From Perna viridis (Eukaryota): a DNA stretch of 64,000 nt. Both the position numbers and the translations under genes were made by a program. Positions 46,701 through 60,600 of the stretch are shown piece by piece; the stretch's first letter is position 1, and every line of letters begins with the position of its first letter. A model generated the notes under the pieces. That model ran no database searches. It worked only from the letters and a program-made list of their open reading frames with translations, and was not told the origin of the DNA. The DNA lies in the NCBI GenBank assembly GCA_037379345.1, contig CM074518.1:45535586-45599585 (forward strand), given 5' to 3'.

Positions 46701-49471
46701 TTAGGATCAAATAAATAGGAAGATCTAAGTCCAAAAACTATATTGATAAAAATGATAGATAAAATATATTCGGGGTCAGACAAGTCTGACTACTGGGTAG
46801 ATGAATACTCCCTGGGGACCTCAGGTCCACCAGCAGTGGCATCGACCAATTGATTATAACACAACAAAAAATAATCATATATACTGCAAATCTCTATATG
46901 CTGTTCACGCACCTTAGGGAGTAACCTCTCATCACAATATTTAGGTCTTTTAGCCTTCATATTATGAAGACCGGTTCTTTTTATGATATTCAAATCACCT
47001 CTTATAACGAAACTGCCAGGACTATATCGAATGCAAAATTGTGACAGGATCAGTTGGGGTTCTTACCTGTTTGGAATTTTGAATTATGAGGTTCCAATTT
47101 AATAATTCAGATGTATTAGTAAAAGTGTATAAGAGTAGAATTCCATTGTAACGGACTGCTGTGTAAGATAATCCCAATATTCTTTGTGGGCAAACGGAGA
47201 GAGAGAAAACTATGTTCCTGTAGATTCTCTTGTAATTAGGCTGTTTTACACATTTACTTTGCATAGTGGCAAATATCCAGCGCCCCGGCAACAAGTTTGT
47301 AGAAGTTGAAGAACGGTCAGTCTCTGAAGTCGTATAAATCAATGCCTGAAACATGTATATTTACTGATTTTGATAAAACATTGTAAATTGATATATAAAG
47401 AATTATATGTGGACTACATAATGTGTATTTTTCAGAAATAGTAGGGAAGTTCCTGACATCAGGTATTTTGTTTTGAAAAAATCAAAAGCCCAATATATTT
47501 CAGATGCATGGCTAGTATAATGTTAGACATCCGTCTATTGTTTCTGTTGTCTTTGTCCATTTCCTGAAGAAGCTATTAAGTATGGTTATCTATAAAAACC
47601 AGGCAGGGATGATTCAGCACAACTCAATTAAAGAAACTGTTCAAATACATTTGTTACGTCCAAAAAATAACTCTCCTCGCTCTTTTCCATGGATCTGCTA
47701 TAAATTTTTGACTGGTTATAATGAAGAAATTCTAGCAGGAAATTTTCTCTTACTTTTCTATTGTAGAATGTTATCAAATTTTTTAAATGTTATTATCTCC
47801 AGTAATATACTTTCATTTGCACTTTTATCTCTAAATACAGTTTCTACGAGGCCTAAAGGATTTCTTATCAAACATTGACCTCTGCCAATCTGAAGTAAAT
47901 GATTTCGTTAATTGACCCTTAACATCTCAGAAGCCAAATTTTACGCATGCACAGTTCCAGAAAAAAACTAAAACAATATTTCAATCTTTTCGTTCCATCT
48001 TCTTACATGTCTTATCTGTCATGTATTGCTAATTCAGTTTACAATCATGATAAAGTGACTGAAAAATCCCTTTAGTTTCTACCATAATACCTGTCAGTCA
48101 TAATATTATATCAGAACCTGGTGCAAACTTTCAGTTAAATAATGTTCAGTCAAGGAGTGTATATAAAGTCCCTGGTTATGTACAACATTAAAAACTTGGA
48201 GCATGGACCAGGTGCACCATTAGGATAAGGGTATGAGTTTTTTTTCTGTTCCCAATTGTTTTTGTCAATAGTTTTCTCCTCATTTCATTCCCTGGCATTT
48301 CTTTTCTTCCTAACAACAGTAAAGTTAATTTTAAATTTGCTAGATGTTACTTGTTACGCTTAAACTTGCAAGAATTTTATAATATATATCTAAAAAATGG
48401 ACAAATTCTACCGATCATCTGTAATGCAGTTTCAAATCATAGGAGTGACAAATGTATTTTTCAATATAACTTTTGTTCGTGAAGATACCAAAAAAGAACT
48501 ATAAAAAATGTCAATTGTATTTACTCATATAAATGTAACAGATAGTCAAAAACATTTGAAGACACACTGTACAAACAAAATATCACATTCACAATCATAA
48601 TGTCAAATCATGTAACCACATTCAGCACAGTAAACTATAAATAGAACTGATGAAATGATTTCAATCAAATCTTATTTACCATAATTGACAAATTTAAAAA
48701 AAAACTCCTGTATATCCAAAACATCAGTAAATTTTTCCTCACAATAATAACAGATTGGTTTATTATTACATATCAGTCTTTCTAAAAATCAGACAGAAGG
48801 TGAGTCATGCATGTCAAAAATCCACTGATTTGAGTTTTATTTCTTGTTCAGAAACATTTACAGATCGATCACATAACCAGTTTTAGCTTTTCATTTGGTT
48901 GTTACGTGTTTGTGAAAAAAATTATATAGATCGTACATGAAATTTGCACTTTGCAAGAGTTATTGTTCTTGATTAGGTTTCATTTAGTTTTAGTGGGAGA
49001 TAAATGTATGATTTTCTAAAAAGTGCAGATAAGAATGCAAAAATGATTATCATCATGAGAATTTGTAGAGATATAAAAAGCATCGTTAGTTTTGTGGGGT
49101 TTTCTACACCATGAACCACTTTACCATAGATAGTGTCAGAATTTTATGTGGATTTGTACTTAATATAAGACAAAGGACATGCATCTCAATAAATCCTTAT
49201 AAATAACACTTTTGCTCTAATCTGAAGCACTTTTAAACAAAATCTCTCATGATGCACAATCATGACAATGCATATCTTACATCATGGGCAAGAAGAGTAA
49301 ATACATGTACTAGTAAACCACTAAAATTAAGTGTTTTCTCATTATGGTGGTTCTAAGCAAAGGAAACATTTAGGGGAGGACAATAAAGCATCATACCAAC
49401 ATCTCTTAAAAGATGCTGCCATATACATGTACACATAGATACTCCTTCAGTAATGGGTAGTTTAAATAGTA

Positions 49472-49868
49472 TTACCATAGAGAGTGGAGAAATAGTTTTA
49501 CCATTGAGAGTGGAGAAATAATTTTACCATAGAGAGTGGAGAAGTAGTTTTACCATAGAGAGCGGAGAGATAATTTAGCCATAGAGAGCTGAGAAATAGT
49601 TTTACAATAGGGAGTGAAGAAATAATTTTACCCTAGAAAGTGGAGAGAAAGTTTTGCCATAGAGAGTGGAGAAATAATTCTACCCATAGAGAGTTGAGAA
49701 AAATTTGCCATAGAGTGTGGAGAAATAATTTTACCCATAGAGAGTGGAGAAAGTTTTGCCATAGAGAGTGGAGAAATAGTTTTGCCATAGAGATTGGAGA
49801 AATAGTTTTACCATAGAGAGTAGAGTAGATATATAATTTTACCATATAGAGTGGAGAAATAATTTTAA
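49472..49868. repeat. ~26-28-bp minisatellite (~14 copies)
   Basis: ttaccatagagagtggagaaatagtt units. Confidence 0.85.
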
Positions 49869-51203
49869 TCAAGAATAGACTGAAATAGAATCAGCTTCTA
49901 AAATGAAATGTGCAGCATCTTGGAAACTGTAAAATGGCCAGGAAACCTGGAAACCAGAAATTAAATTAACAACATAAATCATGTTCATTTTCAATCATAA
50001 CATTACAGTAAAGTTCTTCAAGATATTCTACCAAGTAACGGTAATTCAATCAAAATCGTTTGAATGTTATAAAAAAAAAAAAACATTCTTCTAACACTGC
50101 ACACTACGGTACAAACAAAAAGTACACAGTACTACTCCATATATGGATTAAGTAGAATTTACAACAGAACGTCAAATTATGATACCATTAGTGCATCTCA
50201 AAATGTTTTCATAACAAATACAGGTACATGTCAGAACCTAGTACCGGTAGATACATTGATGTTGAAATGTATTCTATTTTAGGTATCTCAGAAACCGGTA
50301 TTTTTTTTATCTCAATTAAATGGAAGGTAATTTTAAAATTATCCAGTGATTTAAAAAAAAAACACTTTATAAATCTCAATAATAATGGAGGGAGAAATAG
50401 TCTTTAGATTAAAATTTTTAAATTGTTTTATAAGTGCTCTTCCACACTACACTTCATAGCCTTCCCACCAATGTTCTCATCCCTTTATTTACATACTTTC
50501 TGTTGAAAAAAAAACAAAACAAATTCACGAGGTTTTTGAACTCTTAAATCATTTACAGGACCTGTTTACATTCTTTTCTATCAGAGGTATATTAATTTTA
50601 TCAACTCCAGCTAGAGTTCATTTTTTTCCAAAGCTTCCAAAACCCTTTAACATGATTTAATTGAATGAAGTAGTGAATTTTATGTAGCCATGTTCATTCG
50701 ATATTCTCACTGACTTTGCTTCATCTAGTCTGACGTTGTTGAATGAACAGAACTACAAGCAGGCATTGTCTGTAACTTTATTTTAAAAAGTAGATGTTAC
50801 AACTTTGCAATTGTAAATGTTTTTTTGTAGTCTGTAGTAGTAGAAATAATAATAGGAAAACTGAATTTCAATTTTATTCTTTTTCTCCTAGCTGGAAAAA
50901 TTAAGTTGGCAAATCCGTATAACAAGAAAGTAAATCTGTATAACAACAAAAACCTGTGATTAAAAGTTCTGCCAAGAAAATCACCATCTGTGCAATGTTT
51001 ATATGGACTCAAAAAGAGTAACATATCAACTGTCTAAAATGTAAAAAAAAAAATGGAGAACAAACTGGCTAATCTAAACTGACCACCTTCTTCTTTACAA
51101 TCACTGATGAATAACTTGTGCTTTTATTGGAAATATCTTATAGAATTGCTTTTACAAAAGCAGTCAATTTCACAAAAAGTTTTAAGTGTACAACTGATTA
51201 TAT

Positions 51204-51430
51204 AATGACATCACAATGCTGTTTTCTATCATGACATCACATTGCTGTTTTCTACCATAACATCACAATGCTGTTTTCTATAAGGCCTCACAATGCCATT
51301 TTCTATCATGACATCACAATGATTTTCTTTAATGATGTTATCATGCTACATGTATTTTCTAATATGACATCACAATGAGCTATTTCTATTCTGACATCAC
51401 AATGCTTTTTTTCTATTCCGACATTACAAG
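51204..51430. repeat. Degenerate ~27-bp minisatellite
   Basis: atgacatcacaatgctgttttctatc units. Confidence 0.75.
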
Positions 51431-51605
51431 TTCTGAAATCAGCTATTTTCTACTAGACCTCATATGACTTTATGATTTTACACTTATGACTTAATGAGAA
51501 ATAATTTAATGGTGTAATTCATATGTGGAGCAGTACTTTATACATTAACACTGACAATACACTGTACATATCCAAACATTGTTTAATACTCAGAACCTAT
51601 TACTT

Positions 51606-54600
51606 CTACGAAGCTTGTATAACTTTGATGAAGTTTTTCATTGTTTCAATAGATTGTTGGGTTAGTCTGTGTTTTTCTAATAATTCTTCCTTTCTTCGTT
51701 TTTGTTGCTGCAATACAAAACAAACTCAAAATACAAGATATTTCAATGATTTGAAGAAATAAAAATTGTATCATATTTTATCTCATAAATGATATGAGAA
51801 ATATTGAATATATATATATACTTTCAATTTTGATGCTGACAATATCATGTGGAATATCTCAAAGTGTGCGAGTGCAAGTGGAGATATTCTACATAATATT
51901 GTCAGTATGAAAACTTGAAAGTTACTATTATTCTGATTATCGGTAATCTTTTGATCATTTTAATGTACTTTTAGCTAAAAAAAAACTAGTAGTGGGACTT
52001 CAAACTGTTGGAGTGTAACATCAATGCATTCAAAATTTAAGAAAGTCTCATGATGTCACAATCACTCCAATGTTTTGACGAATGTACAAGAGATAGAAAA
52101 TTATTTTTGACAAATACTTTCAAATATCTTATCATGTACGAGAGATAGCAAAATATTTTTGACTAATCGTTTAAAATATCTTGTCATATATGAGAGATCG
52201 CAAAATATCTGTCAAAAGATCAAAGAAATAAAAGTACAGATTACATAAAGGATATGAGAATTGTAATATTCCAGAACAAACAAAACAAATGCATGTGATT
52301 TTGTGCTAAGAACTTTCATTCACTTCAAATATTATCATATTTGTCAAAGGTCTTGTAAAAAATGAGATCTTTTTCTTTCAGATTACCATTTTGAAAGTTT
52401 TTAACATGATTAACAATAAAACATTTGGCTAAGATTCTTACCATTAAACTGTCAGAAACAGATTTTGTTTTATTTTCTATCATCATTTTTTCAGCCAACA
52501 AATCTGTACTTCTTCTCTGTAGTTTTCTCTTTTCTTCTTCTTTGGCTGTAAAATATGATACATGTAGTAAAATATACTAAATAATTGCATATCCATTTTG
52601 ACAGATGAAAATATTCCACATGACCAACATACTAAAAATGACTTAGTGATCTCTTGAACATTAAGTTCTACAGCAACTTGATCATAGACAAAATAACCTA
52701 CTATATATAATATTGTACATTCTAATATGACATGCTTCGAAGCTCTTCAGACTACAGCCATGGTAAAAAAGTGATAAACACATGACCAACATTTTGTGCA
52801 ACACATAGGCTGCGTCTATTAAAAAATATGAAGAAAAAAGTCCTATTAGAATTTAAATAAATCACAGAAACTCCATTTTATCATTGTTTTACCATTGGCT
52901 GACCATTTGTGTAGTTATTTAACATTGCAACATAAATGGCAAGCCCATGGTAAAACAATGATTGAGATTGAGTTTTATTTATTTAATAATCACAATCAAT
53001 CATTCATCATTTAAGTAAAAGTAACTTCAACTGAAGTGAAGCAAACCTATTTCATTCTACCTGCACCTCACAATGCACAATACGTCTCTTTGATTAGATT
53101 GAAGATTGTTGTCAATGTAAATCAGGAATCCTCAGGTGAAATAGCTACAGGTTATTCCAGAAATAAAGTATGGGGGTTGAAAGGCACTTTTTATTTGACC
53201 CCATCCATGCATACTATTTTTAATTATTTTCTTTCATTGTTAAGGCAAACTGTTTTAAATAACAACCCCCATCAAATTTTAACAGAAGTGCCTACTCACC
53301 CCTCACAATTAATTCTGGAATAGCCCTACTGGCCAGGGAATAAATTTAAGAAAAATGAAGTTTTGGCAATGCAAATTAATATTTCCATTTTCTCTGAACA
53401 AACAAGGAAAGAATTGTTTTCATAGATGTACAGAACAAAATTAAAATCCAGGAGAACAAAAGCACAAGTCTATAAAATCCATTTGGTGCAGGAGAACGAA
53501 AGCTTAAGTCTATAAAATCCATTTGGTGCCAGGAAAACAAAAGCTCCAATCTATAAAATCCATTTGGTGCAGGAGAACAAAAGCTTAAGTCTTTAAAATC
53601 CATTTGGTGCCAGGAGTACGAAAGCTTAAGTCTATAAAATCCATTTGGTGCAGGAGAACAAAAGCTCAAGTCTATAAAATCCATTTGGTGCAGAAGAACG
53701 AAAGCTTAAGTCTTTAAAATCCATTTGGTGCCAGGAAAACGAAAGCTCCAATCTATAAAATCCATTTGGTGCAGGAGAACAAAAGCTTAAGTCTTTAAAA
53801 TCCATTTGGTGCCAGGAGTACGAAAGCTTAAGTCTATAAAATCCATTTGGTGCAGGAGAACAAAAGCTTAAGTCTATAAAATCCATTTGGTGCAGAAGAA
53901 CGAAAGCTTAAGTCTTTAAAATCCATTTGGTGCCAGGAAAACAAAAGCTCCAATCTATAAAATCCATTTGGTGCAGGAGAACAAAAGCTCAAGTCTATAA
54001 AATCCATTTGGTGCAGAAGAACGAAATCTTAAGTCTATAAAATCCATTAGGTGCCAGGAGAATGAAAGCTCCAATCTATAAAATCCATTTGGTGCAGGAG
54101 AACAAAAGCTCAAGTCTATAAAATCCATTTGGTGCAGGAGAACAAAAGCACAAGTCTATAAAATCCATTTGGTGCAGAAGAACGAAAGCTTAAGTCTATA
54201 AAATCCATTTGGTGCCAGGAAAACAAAAGCTCCAATCTATAAAATCCATTTGGTGCAGGAGAACAAAAGCTTAAGTCTTTAAAATCCATTTGGTGCCAGG
54301 AGTACGAAAGCTTAAGTCTATAAAATCCATTTGGTGCAGGAGAACAAAAGCTTAAGTCTATAAAATCCATTTGGTGCAGAAGAACGAAAGCTTAAGTCTT
54401 TAAAATCCATTTGGTGCCAGGAAAACAAAAGCTCCAATCTATAAAATCCATTTGGTGCAGGAGAACAAAAGCTCAAGTCTATAAAATCCATTTGGTGCAG
54501 AAGAACGAAATCTTAAGTCTATAAAATCCATTAGGTGCCAGGAGAATGAAAGCTCCAATCTATAAAATCCATTTGGTGCAGGAGAACAAAAGCTCAAGTC

Positions 54601-57600
54601 TATAAAATCCATTTGGTGCAGGAGAACGAAAGCACAAGTCTATAAAATCCATTTGGTGCCAGGAGAATGAAAGCTCCAATCTATAAAATCCATTTGGTGC
54701 AGAAGAACGAAATCTTAAGTCTATAAAATCCATTAGGTGCCAGGAGAATGAAAGCTCCAATCTATAAAATCCATTTGGTGCAGGAGAACAAAAGCTAAAG
54801 TCTATAAAATCCATTTGGTGCAGGAGAACAAAAGCTAAAGTCTATAAAATCCACTTGGTGCAGGAGTACGAAAGCTCAAGTCTATAAATATTCTTAATTC
54901 AGTGGTGACACAATCCTGTTTTTATGGTATAACAAGCAGTAAATTTTGTGTTGCATTAAAAGGTAGAATATAGATTTGTTATGTGTATTTTTTATAACAA
55001 ATGGTGGTTAAGATAAATTTTATATATAACATATACATGTATATAATACTTCAGGCCTATGACAGACAGACAGACCGTCTCATTCTCACATTTAACTTAA
55101 TTGATAATGCACCGTTCTGTTGTTACAAACTGATGCCTCGACCAATGTGAATATGCAAGACTTTCTACAATACATGATGTGCGTCTGTGTTAAAATTTCG
55201 TACAATCATATCTTAACTGCATACGTCATTTCCGGAAAAGGTCACCTCAGAACGATTTTGAGCCATTCATGTTAATGACAGAGGATATACATATGTAGGT
55301 CAAGGACATCATTAATGCTCTGTCTCTATTCAATAAATGTAAATATCATCTTCGCAATAAACTTCACACAACAGAAATATAACTTCAAATTATAGATACT
55401 GACATTAAAAGCACAGTTGTTCATGGTGAGTATCAAATTAGGGAGATTCAAGGTCATTCAAAGTAAAATTCTTAGTACTCAGGAATACCAATGAGAGAAG
55501 ACTTTTTCTCAATTTTTACTTTTCCTCAAAAAGTGAAGATATTTTTTTTACATTTTTTAGAGCTAAATTATGTGTCTAATAACTAAGACAACAATGATGA
55601 CACGGATGAAGACAGCCATTACACAATCAGTCATTTTTCAAGGTCTCACATTAAGTACGCAGGAGGTGTTCTTGTTCTTTTTTAATGATATGGCAATAAA
55701 AGTGGTAACTAAAATATCCCCATAAGAAACAAAGAGAAAACCTGAGAACTCATGTATAATTTTAGTTGGCCTTGGATTTTTTTTTAGACTTACCAGTTTT
55801 GTTAGCTATGAAATTATGAACCAGAGAAAGTGTTTCAGCAGACCAGCTACCTGACTTCCCATTGGCCTGAAACCAAACAAGTATCTGAATAATTAGTCTG
55901 AAAATATATGTATAGAATATGATTTTCAAATTTAAGGGCACCATATGAGGCATTTCTAAATGTACATTTTAAAGATAGACACATATCAAGTGAAAAGAAT
56001 ATATTCACCTGCTGTATCTTAAAATATTTTAAAAACTAAGTTTTTTTTATTGCAATATATTTGAATTGATCCTTAAAGAAGTAAACACCAATCTAATTAA
56101 AATTTGATGCTTTAATACATTACACTGCCTTTCATTACTTCATAACAGCTGATTAAAATTGGATGTAAACAAATAAGATCTTCTAATATAACATTCTAGG
56201 TTAACGATCAATAATATACAACAAGAATTAATCTACAGTTAAGGATTATCATCAAACTGCTTTGCATAAAATGGAAAACAAATACAGTCAATGGCCAATT
56301 ATGTCCAAAATTCACAATTTATTTTTGAAACAAAATAAGCAACTTTGGTTTATTTATTATAAGTCATTCAAGTGTGAAGTGACCAGATCATAATAAATTA
56401 TATAAACTGGTGTATTTACGGATCATTTGAGGGACAACACCAATCTGGCTGAGCTGACATGTATGATTGATCACATCATTTTAAGGATGATTACTACTCT
56501 ATTTAAAAATTACAAGTATTTCAAAAGGCTGTCAAATCTTAAAAGAACTTTGGTCAGTGGACTTATTTTTGTGATATTAGAATGAAATTTTGGCAGGAAA
56601 AGGATTTCTCTGGAATTTCCAATCATTTTGTCTTAGTAGGTTTTATATATGAAATAACAAGAATTTCATAAAAACTTCTCCAATAATATTTTAAGGTGTG
56701 TTAAATGACACTATGAAAAGAAATGGGGGGTTAGTGGGCAAAAAATATTAATGACATTGAAACGGTTAAAACAAGAGGAATCTGAAAATCTGACATAAAT
56801 GACTAAACTTAAGCAGTGAACATCCTTAAATTATAGCCACAGCCACAAATTTGAAAGAAAAAATATGTCCTATTTCATATTTTATGTATCCTTTCATCAT
56901 TTTCAGCAACAAAGCAAAACCTAATTACATGACACTTTGTACAGCTCCATTTTCCCTCTGGAATGCTGGGTAATGGAGGTTCTACACAATGAATATGGTA
57001 AGATCGGTGGCAGGTGTCACAAGGAATAAGGTTTTCCATCATTCCACATTTTGTACAAGATAAATCTCGAGGTTCCTGGAAGTAGAGAAGAATATTTTTT
57101 TTCATTTTTCATTTATACACAAGGAATAACAAAATTTAATTCTTAATTTAAGTTTACTTTTCCAAAATTGAAATAACAGGATAAACAGTGGTTAAGAGTG
57201 AATATCTAAATCATGACAATAAATAAACACTAAAGAATGTACCCAAAGTTATCAAGTTGTGGTACATGTATTAATGTGCCAGTGTTCATTTCTCAACAAT
57301 ATTTTAGTTACTAACACATTATCCTGTTCATACATATGTATCCTTATTATTGAAAGTACTGTCTATCATTCTGATTTAATAGAACATGAATATCTATTAA
57401 GAAGAACCCGTCCCAACATCGTGAACTATAGTGACCTGGCCCGAGCACCACAAAAAGTAAAATGTAATTTAGTCTGAGAATATTCTTAACTTCAATGGTA
57501 ACTCCAATCAAAGATTTTGAAATTGATTACATCACAATTAGTTAAATTTTTCTTTGACTCAATTAATTTTTGAAGTTGTGTGGCGCTAGGGTCTTATATA

Positions 57601-60600
57601 CTTTTCAACTGCAGGTTCCTCAAACATATAAAATATATTCTGACAAATCTCAGTTGTTTTGAAAAACTTTCTCATGGCCATATCTGTACAATGATGACAA
57701 GGAAAAGTTTTAGTAAATTATATTTGAAAAATAACAACTTTAACATTTTTGTCCATGTAATCTATTACAAAAACTTCTCCCTGTCAATGATTAATGGGAG
57801 AAGTGAGCACAAATGAGAAGTTCTTGCCCATTTCTTCCTCTAGATGAGGTCCTGCTTTCTGCAGAGAGCTATGGAAACGTAAAGTCTTCCAGTAAAGAAT
57901 CTATCACTAACATGTTAATGGTTCTATAGATCTCTTCTTGCCAAGTTAAAGCGAAATAAAGGCCTGATTTATAGATATAAAATTAGAAAAAATGAGTCAA
58001 AAGGACACTGATGCACCCACAACCTCTCAATTAAAGGATTACAACCAAGGAAATGTATCTAGAACGGATTCAAAATATTCTCAACACAGTACTAATCTCA
58101 CTAAACTTACATTTTAAGTAGCTGTCTTTGTAAGAATCATGCAAAATCTGAAAAATGTGATATACCTCAAAAAAGGCTACATATTTTTATTTTTGTAATT
58201 AAGTTGTTTTATGGGTCTATACTATGAAATGTGTAATTATTCATTCAAATCTGCCTGCTCTTAGGAGATAATCAACATTGAAAATCCAGTAGATTCTATT
58301 GTATTTCAGCGTCATTTACAGAGTTATCTCCCTTAATTTTGAAATCTACAGTGCATTCTATATAATTTTTATCTCCTAAGAGCACAGGTTATATGAAAAA
58401 CCACAAGTTAACTTCTGTTTACTATGAAATTTCAAACAAAATATCAAAAATAAAACTATGTAGGCTTTTTACCCATGAATCACATTTTACATGATCCTTA
58501 GCTGGAGTGCTACTTAAATCAAATTTGAAATTCTTTCCATTAAGGGTGGCTGAGATTTGAGCAAAAGGTGAGGAGACCATAAAGATACCAAAAACACACA
58601 GGGCAAACAGGAAATGACAGTTTCAAACCAAATTATAAACTATTCCTATGAACAGTTACTGAGTTTTATACAATAGACATTTTTAACCTAAGTTTGATTT
58701 TTACCTCAATTACACCATTTCTTGGGATTCCATTTTTCTGCCCTGGCCAGCTCTCAGTACTGTCAGGAGTACTTGGGTGACTGTTATTTGGGGAGGAACG
58801 TTTTGGTGGCCGACCTTTGAAAATAAAATACCATCATTAATCACTCCTACTTTAAACAGTGTGGTTGATTTGCATATGCTTCAATTAGTTGATTGATTGT
58901 GGTTTTACATCCTATCGTATATCAGATATTTCATGAGTTTCAGGGCAAGAGCGATTGACCAATCAAACAGACCCTGCTTCGTACTAGTCAGAAATGCAAA
59001 GATGGATTTTTATTGTGCTAGATCAAAGAAGCAACAGCCTGCAGGTAGGCATATCACCCCACATGAACACATTATTTTGCCTCAACCAGTCATCTATCTA
59101 CTCCAATTTATCTCTACACCACCAAGGTAATACCATCCATATAAAACCTTACTACAGTGTAAATCAGACAGGAAATATACTAAGGCAAAGAAACAGTATT
59201 AAACTTACCTCTGGACCTTTTCACCCCCAAGGAATTCAATGTTAAACTGTTAGGTCTCTTTCGCTGCAAAGAAAATAAATGTAGATATATCTGACAGTTC
59301 ATACATCATGTGTCAGCATGTGTTCTCAAAGTGACATAGTTTATCTTTTTCAAATCTACCCCATTCACCTTTTTATTTTAGAAAATATGTGTCCTTTATT
59401 ATTAACTGAAGAAATTTGGGAAAAAATGAAGTACATGTTGATAACCTTATATTGTTAAAATTGTTAATATTATTAAGAATACAAAATGTAAAGTAATAAA
59501 CACTTAATAAATGTAATTTGGAACAGAAACACTACATGTATGTCAACCACTTTGAAAATCATTTTGGGAAATAATTCATCTTTTTTGGGATCATTTTTGG
59601 ACAAAATCGGAGAAACAAAATTGGTCTTGTTTTGGAGGTACACTGTATGTTATTAAAAGCAAACAATATAACTGTCACAACTGGATGATTATCCTTTTAG
59701 CAAAAACATTTTTTTCTGGAAGTCTGCCAAGCTTATAAGCTTTATTTCTCCCATTTCAATGGAATAAAAAATGCTAGTGACATTTAAATACCAGGGGGTG
59801 ATAAAATTTCTGTGAGAAATTTCTTGTCATTTTACATTTAAAGGTTGACTACAAATTTAATGGGAAATACAGATTCTCTTAATCAAAAAACAGGTAGATC
59901 GAATTAGCACCAATTCAACAGGTGGATCAAATCAGCACTATTTTAACAGGTGAATTCAATCAACACGATTTCCACTCTTTTGCCAGGTGGATTAAATGGG
60001 AACTTTTTCACCATATGGACTAAATCAAGGCCATTTTGCCAGGTGGATTAAATCAGCATCTTCCACCAAGTGGATCAATACAGCACTATTTTCTGAGGTG
60101 AAACAGTACTATCTCACAAGGTGGAACAACATTATTTCACTAGGTTATTCAAATCAGCCCTATAAATGGCATTTTGCTTTTAATAGTGACTTTATCACGG
60201 TTCATGTCAGATGACCCCGCAAGAGCAAGTCCTGATATGAATTGTGATGAAGTCGCTATCTAAAACAAGAATGCTATGCATAGCCATATGTCCCCCGTCG
60301 CTGTAAAAAGAGTTGAATTACAAATGTTTGACACTTGTATAAATAGCAGATTCAAAACTTATTTGCTTTCACAAGTCAATGTGGCAATTCAAGGTTAATG
60401 CATCTTAATGAATCAAATTAAGTTAGGTTAAGAATTCTTCATAAAACAAAAAAAAATCAGTAAAAAAGAAACGTGAAAAATGAACAAAGTCCCATAAATC
60501 CAATAAAAATTGTCAAATCAAAATAGCGGTTAAGTATGATCAACTACATATGGTGAAAAAAATCCTACAAAATTTGGTCAAATTCTGTTCTGTGGTTTCT

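Noticed and set aside
53445-54888. CRISPR-like appearance and the repeated MDFIDLSF ORFs
   Set aside because: Head-to-tail monomers with no unique spacers, no cas genes, and a eukaryotic intron context. The ORFs are satellite translations
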